Assembly: GCA_937936355.1 (NCBI GenBank)
Contig: CALDDM010000019.1
Coordinates: 5,517-69,516, forward strand
Direction: 5' to 3'
Origin: Minisyncoccota bacterium
Lineage (GTDB): Bacteria; Patescibacteriota; Minisyncoccia; Moranbacterales; GCA-2747515
Length of the DNA: 64,000 nt
The notes below the pieces were generated by a model that ran no database searches, had not been told where the DNA came from, and saw only the letters and a list, made by a program, of their open reading frames with translations. The position numbers and the translations under genes are program-made. Of this stretch, positions 49,826-58,391 are shown one piece after another. Positions within the stretch are counted from its first letter, which is position 1. The number at the start of each line of letters is the position of its first letter.

Positions 49826-50605
49826 CTAGGCTACATTAGTCAAAATCTCACAACCATTCTTTGTCACAAGCACAGTATTTTCATGGTGCGCGCTCAAGCT
49901 TCCATCAGCAGTGACAATTGTCCAGCCATCAGGCCCCGTTTCTATATCATCACCACCAATGTTGATCATCGGCTCGATCGCAACAGTCATACCAGCACGA
50001 AATGTGAAGTCATCAAACTCCTTTGCGACATAGTTTGGAATTTGCGGTGGAATATGGAGGTCCTTACCAATTCCATGGCCAACAAGGCCACGGACGATAC
50101 CATAACCCAGACTACTCGCATACGTCTCAACTGCATCAGCAAAATCATACAGTGTCGCTCCGTCTTCAATGCGCGCAATACCTTTATCAAAGGCCTTGTG
50201 CGTATGCTTTGCCAAGTCACGTGCACGCTGACTAGCGCCAGACATAACAAACGTACGCGCCATATCTGCGTAATAACCATCACAAACCAATCCAATATCA
50301 ATCTTCACAAGGTCCTCATCTGCAATCACATCGCGTGAAGTTGGAATACCGTGGACAATTTCATGATTACGTGAAAAACACATTGATCCAGGGAAAGGTG
50401 TTGGGCCACCAGAGTCATATCCCTTAAAGGCTGGTGTACAGTCTGCAGATCGAATCAATTCTTCAGCATATGCGTCAAGATCAGAAGCAACAGCACCAGC
50501 AACAACACGAGGTGCAAGAGAGGCAAAAACAGACGCCAACGCCTGACAGCCTCGTCGCATAATCGTAATCTCCTCTTCCGTCTTAATCAGTGTTCTTGTA
50601 TCCAT
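49826..50605 (-). CDS. map: Methionine aminopeptidase type I
   Basis: Metal ligands in DIGLVCDGYYADMARTF, VGHGIG, IEPMI and HHENTVLVT. I chose the ATG at 50605. Confidence 0.93.
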   Translation of the reverse strand: MDTRTLIKTEEEITIMRRGCQALASVFASLAPRVVAGAVASDLDAYAEELIRSADCTPAFKGYDSGGPTPFPGSMCFSRNHEIVHGIPTSRDVIADEDLVKIDIGLVCDGYYADMARTFVMSGASQRARDLAKHTHKAFDKGIARIEDGATLYDFADAVETYASSLGYGIVRGLVGHGIGKDLHIPPQIPNYVAKEFDDFTFRAGMTVAIEPMINIGGDDIETGPDGWTIVTADGSLSAHHENTVLVTKNGCEILTNVA

Positions 50606-50647
50606 AATGCATTCATAGCTTAATTGAAACAACGATAGCACAAAGTG

Positions 50648-50678
50648 ACAATCGCCACCATATTCTGGTGGCGATTGT
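50648..50678. other. Perfect 13-bp inverted repeat / hairpin
   Basis: ACAATCGCCACCA-tattc-TGGTGGCGATTGT between the 65-aa ORF and map. No clean T-run on the minus strand. Confidence 0.6.
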
Positions 50679-50689
50679 TTGTAGAAATC

Positions 50690-50887
50690 TTATTTGCGAA
50701 CCTTACCTTGGATGACATTACCAACAGACTTTCGACTACGCAAAAGCTTCATCAGGACAGGGATACCGATCGTAACGATCATTGTCATCTTTTGCGGTGA
50801 AATGCCAAATCTTTTGGCGACTGGACCAAGAATCTTGGAACCAACTTTGCCCATAAGCAAGCTTGAAATAAGTGTTTTGAAATTCAT
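50690..50887 (-). CDS. Small hypothetical protein (65 aa, basic, one hydrophobic segment)
   Basis: ORF with an ATG start and no recognisable motif. Coding status is uncertain. Confidence 0.35.
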   Translation of the reverse strand: MNFKTLISSLLMGKVGSKILGPVAKRFGISPQKMTMIVTIGIPVLMKLLRSRKSVGNVIQGKVRK

Positions 50888-51033
50888 AAAAAATATAAGT
50901 AATTTATCCGAATAACTGCTCTACGATATATTATACGATTTATAACAAATAAAGTCAATCTTATAAACTACCCCAAAACAAAAAGTCGATCCATCAACTT
51001 TCTGATGAATCGACTAATACAAACCTTCTAACT

Positions 51034-51519
51034 TCACCCCAAATCTTTAAAGCGAAATACCGTTGCAGGCAAGCTACTATCCCAAACCTTCTTCTGCTTC
51101 TTGGGTAGCAGAATGCCCTTTGCAGGCACCAGCAATCCGCAAGAATACGAAGTTTGCACATGTTCCTCAAAGGAGAAAGTAGAGCCCTGACCAAGATCAA
51201 AATCTACCAAAAGAACATCCCCCACACCCAGAACACCCACACTCAAATAATCACTCCCCAGCGGATAACGACTCCAACATACAGTGGGATTTCTTTCATG
51301 AGCGAGCCTAAGGCAAGCGTCCGGCGCATAAGCGCGATAATCATAGATATATCTTTGACTGACAATTGCACCACCCCTCTCTACAGAAACTGTTCCAGCA
51401 CCAAAAATCCTATGCAAGAAAAATGTATCCATAAAAAGATCACTACCTCTCAGAGAAAACATTTTTTGTGACACACCCGCCACATCACAAATGACGACAT
51501 CTAGTACTATTCTTGGCAT
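51034..51519 (-). CDS. Hypothetical protein
   Basis: 161-aa ORF flanked by ~145- and ~245-nt non-coding stretches. No recognisable motif. Confidence 0.45.
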   Translation of the reverse strand: MPRIVLDVVICDVAGVSQKMFSLRGSDLFMDTFFLHRIFGAGTVSVERGGAIVSQRYIYDYRAYAPDACLRLAHERNPTVCWSRYPLGSDYLSVGVLGVGDVLLVDFDLGQGSTFSFEEHVQTSYSCGLLVPAKGILLPKKQKKVWDSSLPATVFRFKDLG

Positions 51520-51729
51520 GATAGCCTCCTATGAAACTCTGCACAGACTATCAAAATTACAACTGCACGTCAACACAACATACTATGCAAAGATTACTAC
51601 ACAGCTTATGAAACAATTTCTCAACATACCACGGTGGCAGCAACAGCTCATGAGCCCCAGACAAAACAAGTTACGCAACTTTAATAACCTCGTAGTCACC
51701 ACCACACGCTCTAGCAACTTACCATAAGC

Positions 51730-51757
51730 AAAAACCGATCATGCGATGCATGATCGG
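51730..51757 (-). terminator. Rho-independent terminator after the MFS gene
   Basis: Minus strand reads CCGATCATGC-atc-GCATGATCGGTTTTT, a perfect 10-bp stem 7 nt after the stop. Confidence 0.85.
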
Positions 51758-51763
51758 CCCCTC

Positions 51764-52951
51764 CTAAAGCGCTCTCCTCCTCTCTAAGAGCAAAAATGTT
51801 AGCAAGCCTACGATCGCTAAGATCGGCACAAAAAAAACGAAACGCTGAGAGTCCGCTGAACCTGCAAAATACAAGATTCCAGCAAAAACAACCAACCGCC
51901 CAACAACTGTTGGAATCTCTCGCAAAACAATGAACTCTTCTTCATCATCACCTTTCACATCTTTTAAAATGAGCGCAAAATAGGATATAAGAAACATTGC
52001 CATCATAAATGACGCACACGCTGTGACCACGTAAGCCATCAAAGCTGACTCCACAAAAAATCGAACACCCCACAATCCAATCAATCCGATAGAGGCAAAA
52101 ATAACATACTTCGACGCATGTGTTTTATCAACTTTTTGTCCGATGAATTTCGCAAACAAAGCACTACCAATTGCACCTGCAGCTGCAACATACCCAGGTG
52201 CCTCCAGCGAGCCAATCATAATAAAGGCAAAGATGCCCCAAAACCATTCTGACTCCTCAACAATGTTGTCAAACATCTCCATAATAAAAAGCCTTCTCCT
52301 CCTCCAAAGCTTTACGAAAACGTTCGAAAAATTGAAGCGCACAGCAACAATATCGTCTTTGATGCCCCGCAATGGTATGTAGGACAACAGGAGACCCAGA
52401 GATGCAATGATAAACATGGGGATAAAACCAAAACTCACAGCAACAACAGCAGCAATCAATGGTCCAGCAATATTGAAAATCTTTGGCAAAGCAAAAAATG
52501 TTGCTAAATCATTGCCCATAGAATCCTTTTTTGAATTTCGCAAAAAAAGTATATTATGCGGAACCCAGTAAGCAAAACTTCCAATGCCAGCCATAAGTGC
52601 CGCTATCCACATCAGATACACCTCCCCCGTTACCACGAATACGTTCAACAAAATAAAGAATCCTATTTCAAAAGGGTAGTACAGTTTAAAAACCCTTACT
52701 ACTCCAAGTTGCTGCATCAAAGGCACAATGATAAAAAATGCACACAGTAATCCGCTAACATGAACCAAGCTAAAGAATAAAATCACCTGTGACAAGGTTT
52801 GGCCATTTTCCAACAAAAGCACAGGCACGTAAACACTGATCATCGATAGTGCAACACTACGCACAATGTGTGCAGTAAGAACTCGATTCAAATCTTTCTT
52901 ATCAAGAAATTCTCGAAACCGACGAACAAAAGCAATATGCTCTAAAGTCAT
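51764..52951 (-). CDS. MFS-type transporter
   Basis: 395 aa with ~11-12 predicted TM helices in two halves. Last gene of the apbE operon. Confidence 0.7.
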   Translation of the reverse strand: MTLEHIAFVRRFREFLDKKDLNRVLTAHIVRSVALSMISVYVPVLLLENGQTLSQVILFFSLVHVSGLLCAFFIIVPLMQQLGVVRVFKLYYPFEIGFFILLNVFVVTGEVYLMWIAALMAGIGSFAYWVPHNILFLRNSKKDSMGNDLATFFALPKIFNIAGPLIAAVVAVSFGFIPMFIIASLGLLLSYIPLRGIKDDIVAVRFNFSNVFVKLWRRRRLFIMEMFDNIVEESEWFWGIFAFIMIGSLEAPGYVAAAGAIGSALFAKFIGQKVDKTHASKYVIFASIGLIGLWGVRFFVESALMAYVVTACASFMMAMFLISYFALILKDVKGDDEEEFIVLREIPTVVGRLVVFAGILYFAGSADSQRFVFFVPILAIVGLLTFLLLERRRAL

Positions 52952-53009
52952 AATTATCTCTCAATGAACTATTACAGTTATGTTTACAAGAAAAAAGGCC
53001 GTATGTCAA

Positions 53010-54131
53010 TTACAACACCTTCAACATGTGCCACTGAGCCACCGTAGCATCTCGCATTGCAAAATACTCATCATCAGACCTTTTATCATTTTCTGTTGTA
53101 TGCTTGTAGTCAATGTGATATCTCGCCATGAGTATTGTGGAACGCAATAAACCTAATTTCATACCCACCCGTATACCATCAACAGGAATCTCAGATACAT
53201 CAGCACCCACCGACACAAAGGCCTTATCGAGTCTGGTTTGAAAATCTGGCGAGGACCAAGCCCTCGCTCTCAAATTACCGTAATCATACATAATTGCGAT
53301 AAGCGGATTATGGGTAATTCCTACCCATTCAAAATCAATTAACGAAAAATCCTTGCTTTCACTCATGTAGATATTATCAATTGCCAAATCCGCATGTGTC
53401 ATCACGGGCCCCCGCTCGACATACTGACTCGCCTCCACAAAAAGATCCTCTAAAAATTTGTGGGATTCTTGCAAGAAATTACTCACTCTATACACCTTTG
53501 CAAAAAAATCTTCAACAGTGCACTCCTTCAACACGCCACGAACATCTTTTGAGACGACCTTTTCCGCTAAAAGATCAGCATTCTCTTTGCAATAAAATGC
53601 TTTCTCATGGGGAATCCTCCGCATGTCCTTGAGCGACACAATATCTTGTCCCAAGCTGTGGAATTGAAATATTTTACGCACAAGATTATTGACATCATCC
53701 TGCGACAATGCATCGTAATACTCTTTTTTATCATGCATAAAACCATACCCCCGACCTTCCGGCAGCGTACCAAAGACAGCATACGCAATCGGTAAACTCG
53801 TAGACGCATGGGCCACAGAAACAAACAAATCGTCTTTTGCTGCATGAGCTGCAAGCGCTCTTGACACAAAAACTTGCCGCTTAAACAATGTGTACGTTTC
53901 CCACTTCCCATCGATAACTATTTTAACAAACCTGTCCACAACCTCGCCGGATTCTCTTCGAGGAAGAGTCTTTACCCCATAACGAACGCCCTTTGTATTT
54001 CCCAACAAGAGATCCTGAACATCTTCTTTGTCAAAGATAAATGACTCTCGCTCAAGGATTCTCTCAATATCCGTTGACGTTGGCCTCTTCACAAAGAGTG
54101 ACAAGATTGCACCATAGAACTTTTTCATCAT
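53010..54131 (-). CDS. APH/choline-kinase-family phosphotransferase
   Basis: Brenner motif HADLAIDNIYM and the DFG-equivalent LIDFEW. ATG at 54131 (MMKKFYG..). Confidence 0.7.
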   Translation of the reverse strand: MMKKFYGAILSLFVKRPTSTDIERILERESFIFDKEDVQDLLLGNTKGVRYGVKTLPRRESGEVVDRFVKIVIDGKWETYTLFKRQVFVSRALAAHAAKDDLFVSVAHASTSLPIAYAVFGTLPEGRGYGFMHDKKEYYDALSQDDVNNLVRKIFQFHSLGQDIVSLKDMRRIPHEKAFYCKENADLLAEKVVSKDVRGVLKECTVEDFFAKVYRVSNFLQESHKFLEDLFVEASQYVERGPVMTHADLAIDNIYMSESKDFSLIDFEWVGITHNPLIAIMYDYGNLRARAWSSPDFQTRLDKAFVSVGADVSEIPVDGIRVGMKLGLLRSTILMARYHIDYKHTTENDKRSDDEYFAMRDATVAQWHMLKVL

Positions 54132-54169
54132 CACGATAGCTTTTAAGAAAAATACACCACATACCATGC

Positions 54170-55204
54170 CTATCCGCCCTTTAGCTCTTGATCAAAAAAA
54201 TCTTTTGAGCGCTGCATAAAAACTGTCCATTGTGGTCCAAATTCATGACCTTCACCCGCATACTCGTGATAAACAACATCTTTATCAAGAGCCTTCAGTC
54301 TATTGAGGGTATCTTTACTCCATTGGATCGGCACGTCGGCATCACGATCACCATGATGAATCATAATCGGCGCTTGGATACGATCAAAATACGTCATCGG
54401 AGAATACGGCGCAATCAAATCTAGATCCCACACACCATCAACATCTTTGACTTTAGCGGCCTCCTCAGGAGCAATGCGATCAAGTCCCCACCTCATGAGA
54501 TTATCAAGATAATCACTACTAACAGGCGCGTAGAGAACGGCGGCCTGAACAATTTCTGGTCGCGCAACGGCAGCACGCATCGTTACACCACCACCCATCG
54601 AATGCCCAAATAATCCTATCTGATTGACGTGCGCAAAATCTGGATTCAGCGACTTAAATGCAGCTATGCCACCGATAATATCTCGCGTATAACCACTTTC
54701 ACCGACCTTATCCCGCGAGACAGGATTCTGATCCGACTGTGCATGATCGCGATAATCACTATGAATCACCACATAACCATGCCGCGCAAAATAATCTTGC
54801 TCACGCTTAAGCCCACGTCCATTGGTATAAACTGCAGGATCGATATAACCATGATTAAGAAACAGTACAGGCCATGGACCAGGATTACTCGCAGTCGACT
54901 TTGGCACGTTCATAATGCCTGAGATCGTCAAGCCATCGCTGACGTATGTAATATAATGCCGTGTATACACAGCATTATCTGCCAAAACCCGCCCAATCGT
55001 AAAGTCCTTCCCCGGTATTTCCCGATCCAAAAGCTCAGCAACAGAATGCTCTGGCACCACATCATCGCGCTGATCAACTGCGACGACAGGATTAGAAGAG
55101 ACAACATCAACAATCTCATCACGTGCGACATTTTCTTTGCGAGACTCGCCGCTAAAACAACCCGACAGAACAATCACAGCAAACATTATAAGAATTCTCT
55201 TCAT
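54170..55204 (-). CDS. Lipoprotein alpha/beta hydrolase (prolyl oligopeptidase S9 / dienelactone hydrolase-like)
   Basis: Lipobox MKRILIMFAVIVLSGC, nucleophile elbow GHSMGG, and C-terminal HGDRD..H. ATG at 55204. Confidence 0.75.
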   Translation of the reverse strand: MKRILIMFAVIVLSGCFSGESRKENVARDEIVDVVSSNPVVAVDQRDDVVPEHSVAELLDREIPGKDFTIGRVLADNAVYTRHYITYVSDGLTISGIMNVPKSTASNPGPWPVLFLNHGYIDPAVYTNGRGLKREQDYFARHGYVVIHSDYRDHAQSDQNPVSRDKVGESGYTRDIIGGIAAFKSLNPDFAHVNQIGLFGHSMGGGVTMRAAVARPEIVQAAVLYAPVSSDYLDNLMRWGLDRIAPEEAAKVKDVDGVWDLDLIAPYSPMTYFDRIQAPIMIHHGDRDADVPIQWSKDTLNRLKALDKDVVYHEYAGEGHEFGPQWTVFMQRSKDFFDQELKGG

Positions 55205-55242
55205 ATTCAATAAAATTAACAAACACTACCATCCTAACACAG

Positions 55243-56136
55243 CTATGTCGTAAAAAAAGCGCCATCAAAGCCCTGCGAGTGCGCAATACGAGAATCCGAA
55301 AGAACCGCATAATCAAATACGCCAACCGCCCCAAGAGCTTCTGGAGAGGCCAAAAACAAACTCGTCGCAAGTCCATCAGCAATTACTGCGCACTCACTAA
55401 GGACCCACGACGCATCAATTGATCGCGCGCTTTCGTACGTGGAGGGATCAGCAATATGATGATATGTCACATCATCACTGCGCCATCGCCGCTTGCCCGT
55501 AGCACTGCTAGCAAGCGCCACATTACCAATTTCAATGACACCCAAAGCCTGAGAAGGATCCTCTGGATTCTCCAGTCCGACACGGGCTTTTTCTTGTGAT
55601 CTCGACCAGTGTATAATATCTCCTCCAGCATTAAGCAAGATACGATGAGCACACCCACCTTGCCAAAGAGACGAAACGCGGTCCATTGCATAACCCTTAC
55701 CTAGCGCACCGAGGTCAAAATGTAATCCTTTTGTGATTTCAATTCTATCAGCATCAACAATCTCTACATTTTCAAGAAAATTAGGCACAACACCCCTGAT
55801 AGCCTTATGCAAAAAACTATACGTATCGTCATAGCCAAGATCAGACAAAAGAGCCCCCACAAGCGGCGTAAAGAGTCCATCTGTAGCATGATAGATTTGT
55901 TGATAATACAAAAGCATCTCAACAAATTCATCCGGCACCGTGATCTCACCTTCGCGGTGCGAGAGTTGAGACAAAAATGAATCCAAACGGAAACGTGAGT
56001 AACGTGACTCAAAGGTCTGCAAAAACAAAAGGCAGGACGCCCATACATCATGGACATCCTGCTCTTCACAATCAGTCCATACAGTAACATTCCACACTGT
56101 ACCCGTCGCTTCAGTAGAGAATGTGTACTGCGTCAT
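55243..56136 (-). CDS. apbE: FAD:protein FMN transferase (ApbE family), no signal peptide
   Basis: ATGTVWNVTVW first strand, SRFRLDSFLSQL, TDGLFTP, DLGALGKGYAMD, LLNAGGDI. The mature ApbE fold starts about 10 aa from the Met. Confidence 0.85.
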   Translation of the reverse strand: MTQYTFSTEATGTVWNVTVWTDCEEQDVHDVWASCLLFLQTFESRYSRFRLDSFLSQLSHREGEITVPDEFVEMLLYYQQIYHATDGLFTPLVGALLSDLGYDDTYSFLHKAIRGVVPNFLENVEIVDADRIEITKGLHFDLGALGKGYAMDRVSSLWQGGCAHRILLNAGGDIIHWSRSQEKARVGLENPEDPSQALGVIEIGNVALASSATGKRRWRSDDVTYHHIADPSTYESARSIDASWVLSECAVIADGLATSLFLASPEALGAVGVFDYAVLSDSRIAHSQGFDGAFFTT

Positions 56137-56183
56137 AGGAGAATCCTAGTAGAGTCTAAAGGAGAATCAATAAGCACAGAAAA

Positions 56184-56735
56184 CTAGAGCGATGCGACAG
56201 CCTCCTTGAAGCCACCCGTCGTCAGAGATGCACCACCAACAGCATCAAGGCCAGCTATCTCCGATAGGCTTTTGCCGACAGCTGCTGCAGAAAGGCCACC
56301 TGCAAACGCAGTCTGCCACTTCTTGCTAACGTCATGCTTGGCACTGGGGACAGCAGAGATACTTGCAACCGCACCTTCAACAATAACCATAGAAACAGCA
56401 ATGGTTTCAGCGCCTGCTGGGGATGTATAGGAAACAGTAATGTCTTGAGAAGCAGCAGCGTCCTCTACCGCACCTTCCATCGCTTCAACCTCCTCAACCT
56501 TCTCATCTTTGATCACAGTGTCATCCATAGCTGCATCTGCAGCAGCATCTTCTTGCACTCCATCCACAGGCTCTTTTACTGCTGAATCCTCCATCATCTT
56601 CTGCGATCCCTCCTCCATAACCTCCGCAGAATCGATGATAGGCTCCGTCACCGTCGTGTCAGCACCACAACCCGCCAAAAGAACGAGTCCAGCAGCACCA
56701 AAGATTTGCACACTTGTCTTCAATGATTTTTTCAT
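56184..56735 (-). CDS. FMN-binding-domain lipoprotein (PplA/NqrC/RnfG-type flavinylation target)
   Basis: Lipobox LVLLAGC (Cys23), an acidic linker, and a C-terminal FMN_bind-like domain ending GKSLSEIAGLDAVGGASLTTGGFKEAV (nt 56217-56246, compare D-x-x-[ST]-G-A-[ST]). Confidence 0.75.
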   Translation of the reverse strand: MKKSLKTSVQIFGAAGLVLLAGCGADTTVTEPIIDSAEVMEEGSQKMMEDSAVKEPVDGVQEDAAADAAMDDTVIKDEKVEEVEAMEGAVEDAAASQDITVSYTSPAGAETIAVSMVIVEGAVASISAVPSAKHDVSKKWQTAFAGGLSAAAVGKSLSEIAGLDAVGGASLTTGGFKEAVASL

Positions 56736-56802
56736 AGTATTTGTCTACCAGTTTTAGTACATGGATTTTACCACAATTCAAATAAAAGAAGAACAAGGAG
56801 GA

Positions 56803-56826
56803 CAAAAAAATCGCCAAAAGGCGAAT
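56803..56826 (-). terminator. Weak terminator after tRNA-Lys
   Basis: Minus strand reads TCGCC-tttt-GGCGA followed by TTTTTTT. The stem is only 5 bp. Confidence 0.45.
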
Positions 56827-56834
56827 AATACTTG

Positions 56835-56907
56835 TGGGCGCAGAGGGATTTGAACCCCCGACCATCGGCTTAAAAGGCCGTTGCTCTACCAACTGAGCTA
56901 TGCGCCC
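56835..56907 (-). tRNA. tRNA-Lys (anticodon UUU), CCA not encoded
   Basis: Minus strand reads GGGCGCATAGCTCAGTTGGTAGAGCAACGGCCTTTTAAGCCGATGGTCGGGGGTTCAAATCCCTCTGCGCCCA. It folds as a cloverleaf with a 7-bp acceptor stem, GTTCAAATC T-loop and anticodon loop CTTTTAA. Confidence 0.93.
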
Positions 56908-57006
56908 GCATACACTCATACCCAAACAAGTATAAGTGCTTTTGCTTCATACGTCAATCCACAGTCTCCCAAGAAATATCCAAGTTGTAGTAAAGACCAA
57001 AAATAA

Positions 57007-58272
57007 CTACTGGATCTTCTCGTAGTTGTGCATGACAAGCTGTGCATCAATCTGCTTGATGAGCTCAATAACAACACTCACAACAATCAAGATACTTGTA
57101 CCACCAACCGCAAGATTGGTATTATCCAAAAGCGCTCCAGCCATGAGCGGCAAAATCGCAATGAGCCCTAAAAACAATGCACCAAAAAGTGTAATGCGAC
57201 TCACGATATGCGAAAGGTGCTCAACGGTCTCTTCCCCAGGTCGGACACCATCAATATAACCACCTTGTTTCTGCAAGTTTTTTGCAATCTTATTTGGATC
57301 AAAAATAACTGCAGTATAAAAGTAGGTAAACAGCACAACGAGGGCAAAGTAAAGGCCCCCATAAAAAACTGGATTTGCAAAGAATGCTGACATACTTTCA
57401 CCGATACTCGCAAAGCGCGGGTTGGATGAGGCTTGCAAGAAACCTCCGATAAGCGTAGGAAATGTGACTAGCGAGATTGCAAAAATAATTGGAATAACAC
57501 CAGCTTGATTTACCTTGATCGGTAAATGCGTGCGTGCATGCCCTGTGCCAGCTGCACCAGAGCGTGTACGGCGTGCATAGCTAATCGGCACAATGCGCTG
57601 ACCCTCAGAAACAAAGACTACACCAGCAATCGTAATAATAGTCATCGCTATATACAGCACATACTGACCAAGGTCTTGCACAGAAAAAGTACTTGCTAGC
57701 TGGATAAGTAGTGACGGGACACTTGCAACGATGCCTGCAAAAATCATCACAGAAACACCGTTACCTAGCTTTTTCTCTGTGATGAGCTCACCCAACCACA
57801 TAAGAAAGATCGTACCAGCTGTGGCGATTGTCACGAGCACAGCAGTATCAAACATACTCACATCTCCAATAACACCCTGCGTCTTGAGAAGAGCGATCAT
57901 TGCAAAAGTCTGCATGATAGCAAGTGGCACAGTTAGAATACGTGTAATAGTGTTAAATTTTTGACGTCCTGCATCACCCTCCTCCTTGTGCATACGCTCA
58001 ACACTTGGCATGATCATCGTCAGAAGCTGCATAATAATAGATGCCGTAATGTACGGACCGAGACCAAGGAGAACAATGGAGATCGCACTAAATCCCCCAC
58101 CAGAAAAGAGATTCAACAGTCCAAACGCTTGAGAGTCTCCTAAGGCAGAGGGATTAACACCTGGAAGCGGGATATTCGCAGCTACACGAAAAACAACCAA
58201 AAGCGCAAGTATGAAAAGTATTTTCATTCGCAAATCTGGTATCGTAAAGACTTTCATCATTTTTTCGAGCAT
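57007..58272 (-). CDS. secY: Preprotein translocase subunit SecY
   Basis: 421 aa with 10 TM helices. LLNLFSGGGFSAISIVLLGLGPYITASIIMQLL and other SecY signatures. Confidence 0.96.
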   Translation of the reverse strand: MLEKMMKVFTIPDLRMKILFILALLVVFRVAANIPLPGVNPSALGDSQAFGLLNLFSGGGFSAISIVLLGLGPYITASIIMQLLTMIMPSVERMHKEEGDAGRQKFNTITRILTVPLAIMQTFAMIALLKTQGVIGDVSMFDTAVLVTIATAGTIFLMWLGELITEKKLGNGVSVMIFAGIVASVPSLLIQLASTFSVQDLGQYVLYIAMTIITIAGVVFVSEGQRIVPISYARRTRSGAAGTGHARTHLPIKVNQAGVIPIIFAISLVTFPTLIGGFLQASSNPRFASIGESMSAFFANPVFYGGLYFALVVLFTYFYTAVIFDPNKIAKNLQKQGGYIDGVRPGEETVEHLSHIVSRITLFGALFLGLIAILPLMAGALLDNTNLAVGGTSILIVVSVVIELIKQIDAQLVMHNYEKIQ

Positions 58273-58391
58273 AAGCTTTGAGAAGATCAGTATTTAATAG
58301 GATTCCACCACTATAGCGCAATTTACACAACATTTCAAGATCGGGAAAAAATACGTGCACACTCCACGCAAGGCAAACAAAACACACAGAA

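Noticed and set aside
56659-56925. 88-aa minus-strand ORF
   Set aside because: It overlaps the tRNA-Lys gene (56835-56907). The ORF is an artefact of translating the tRNA and its flanks.
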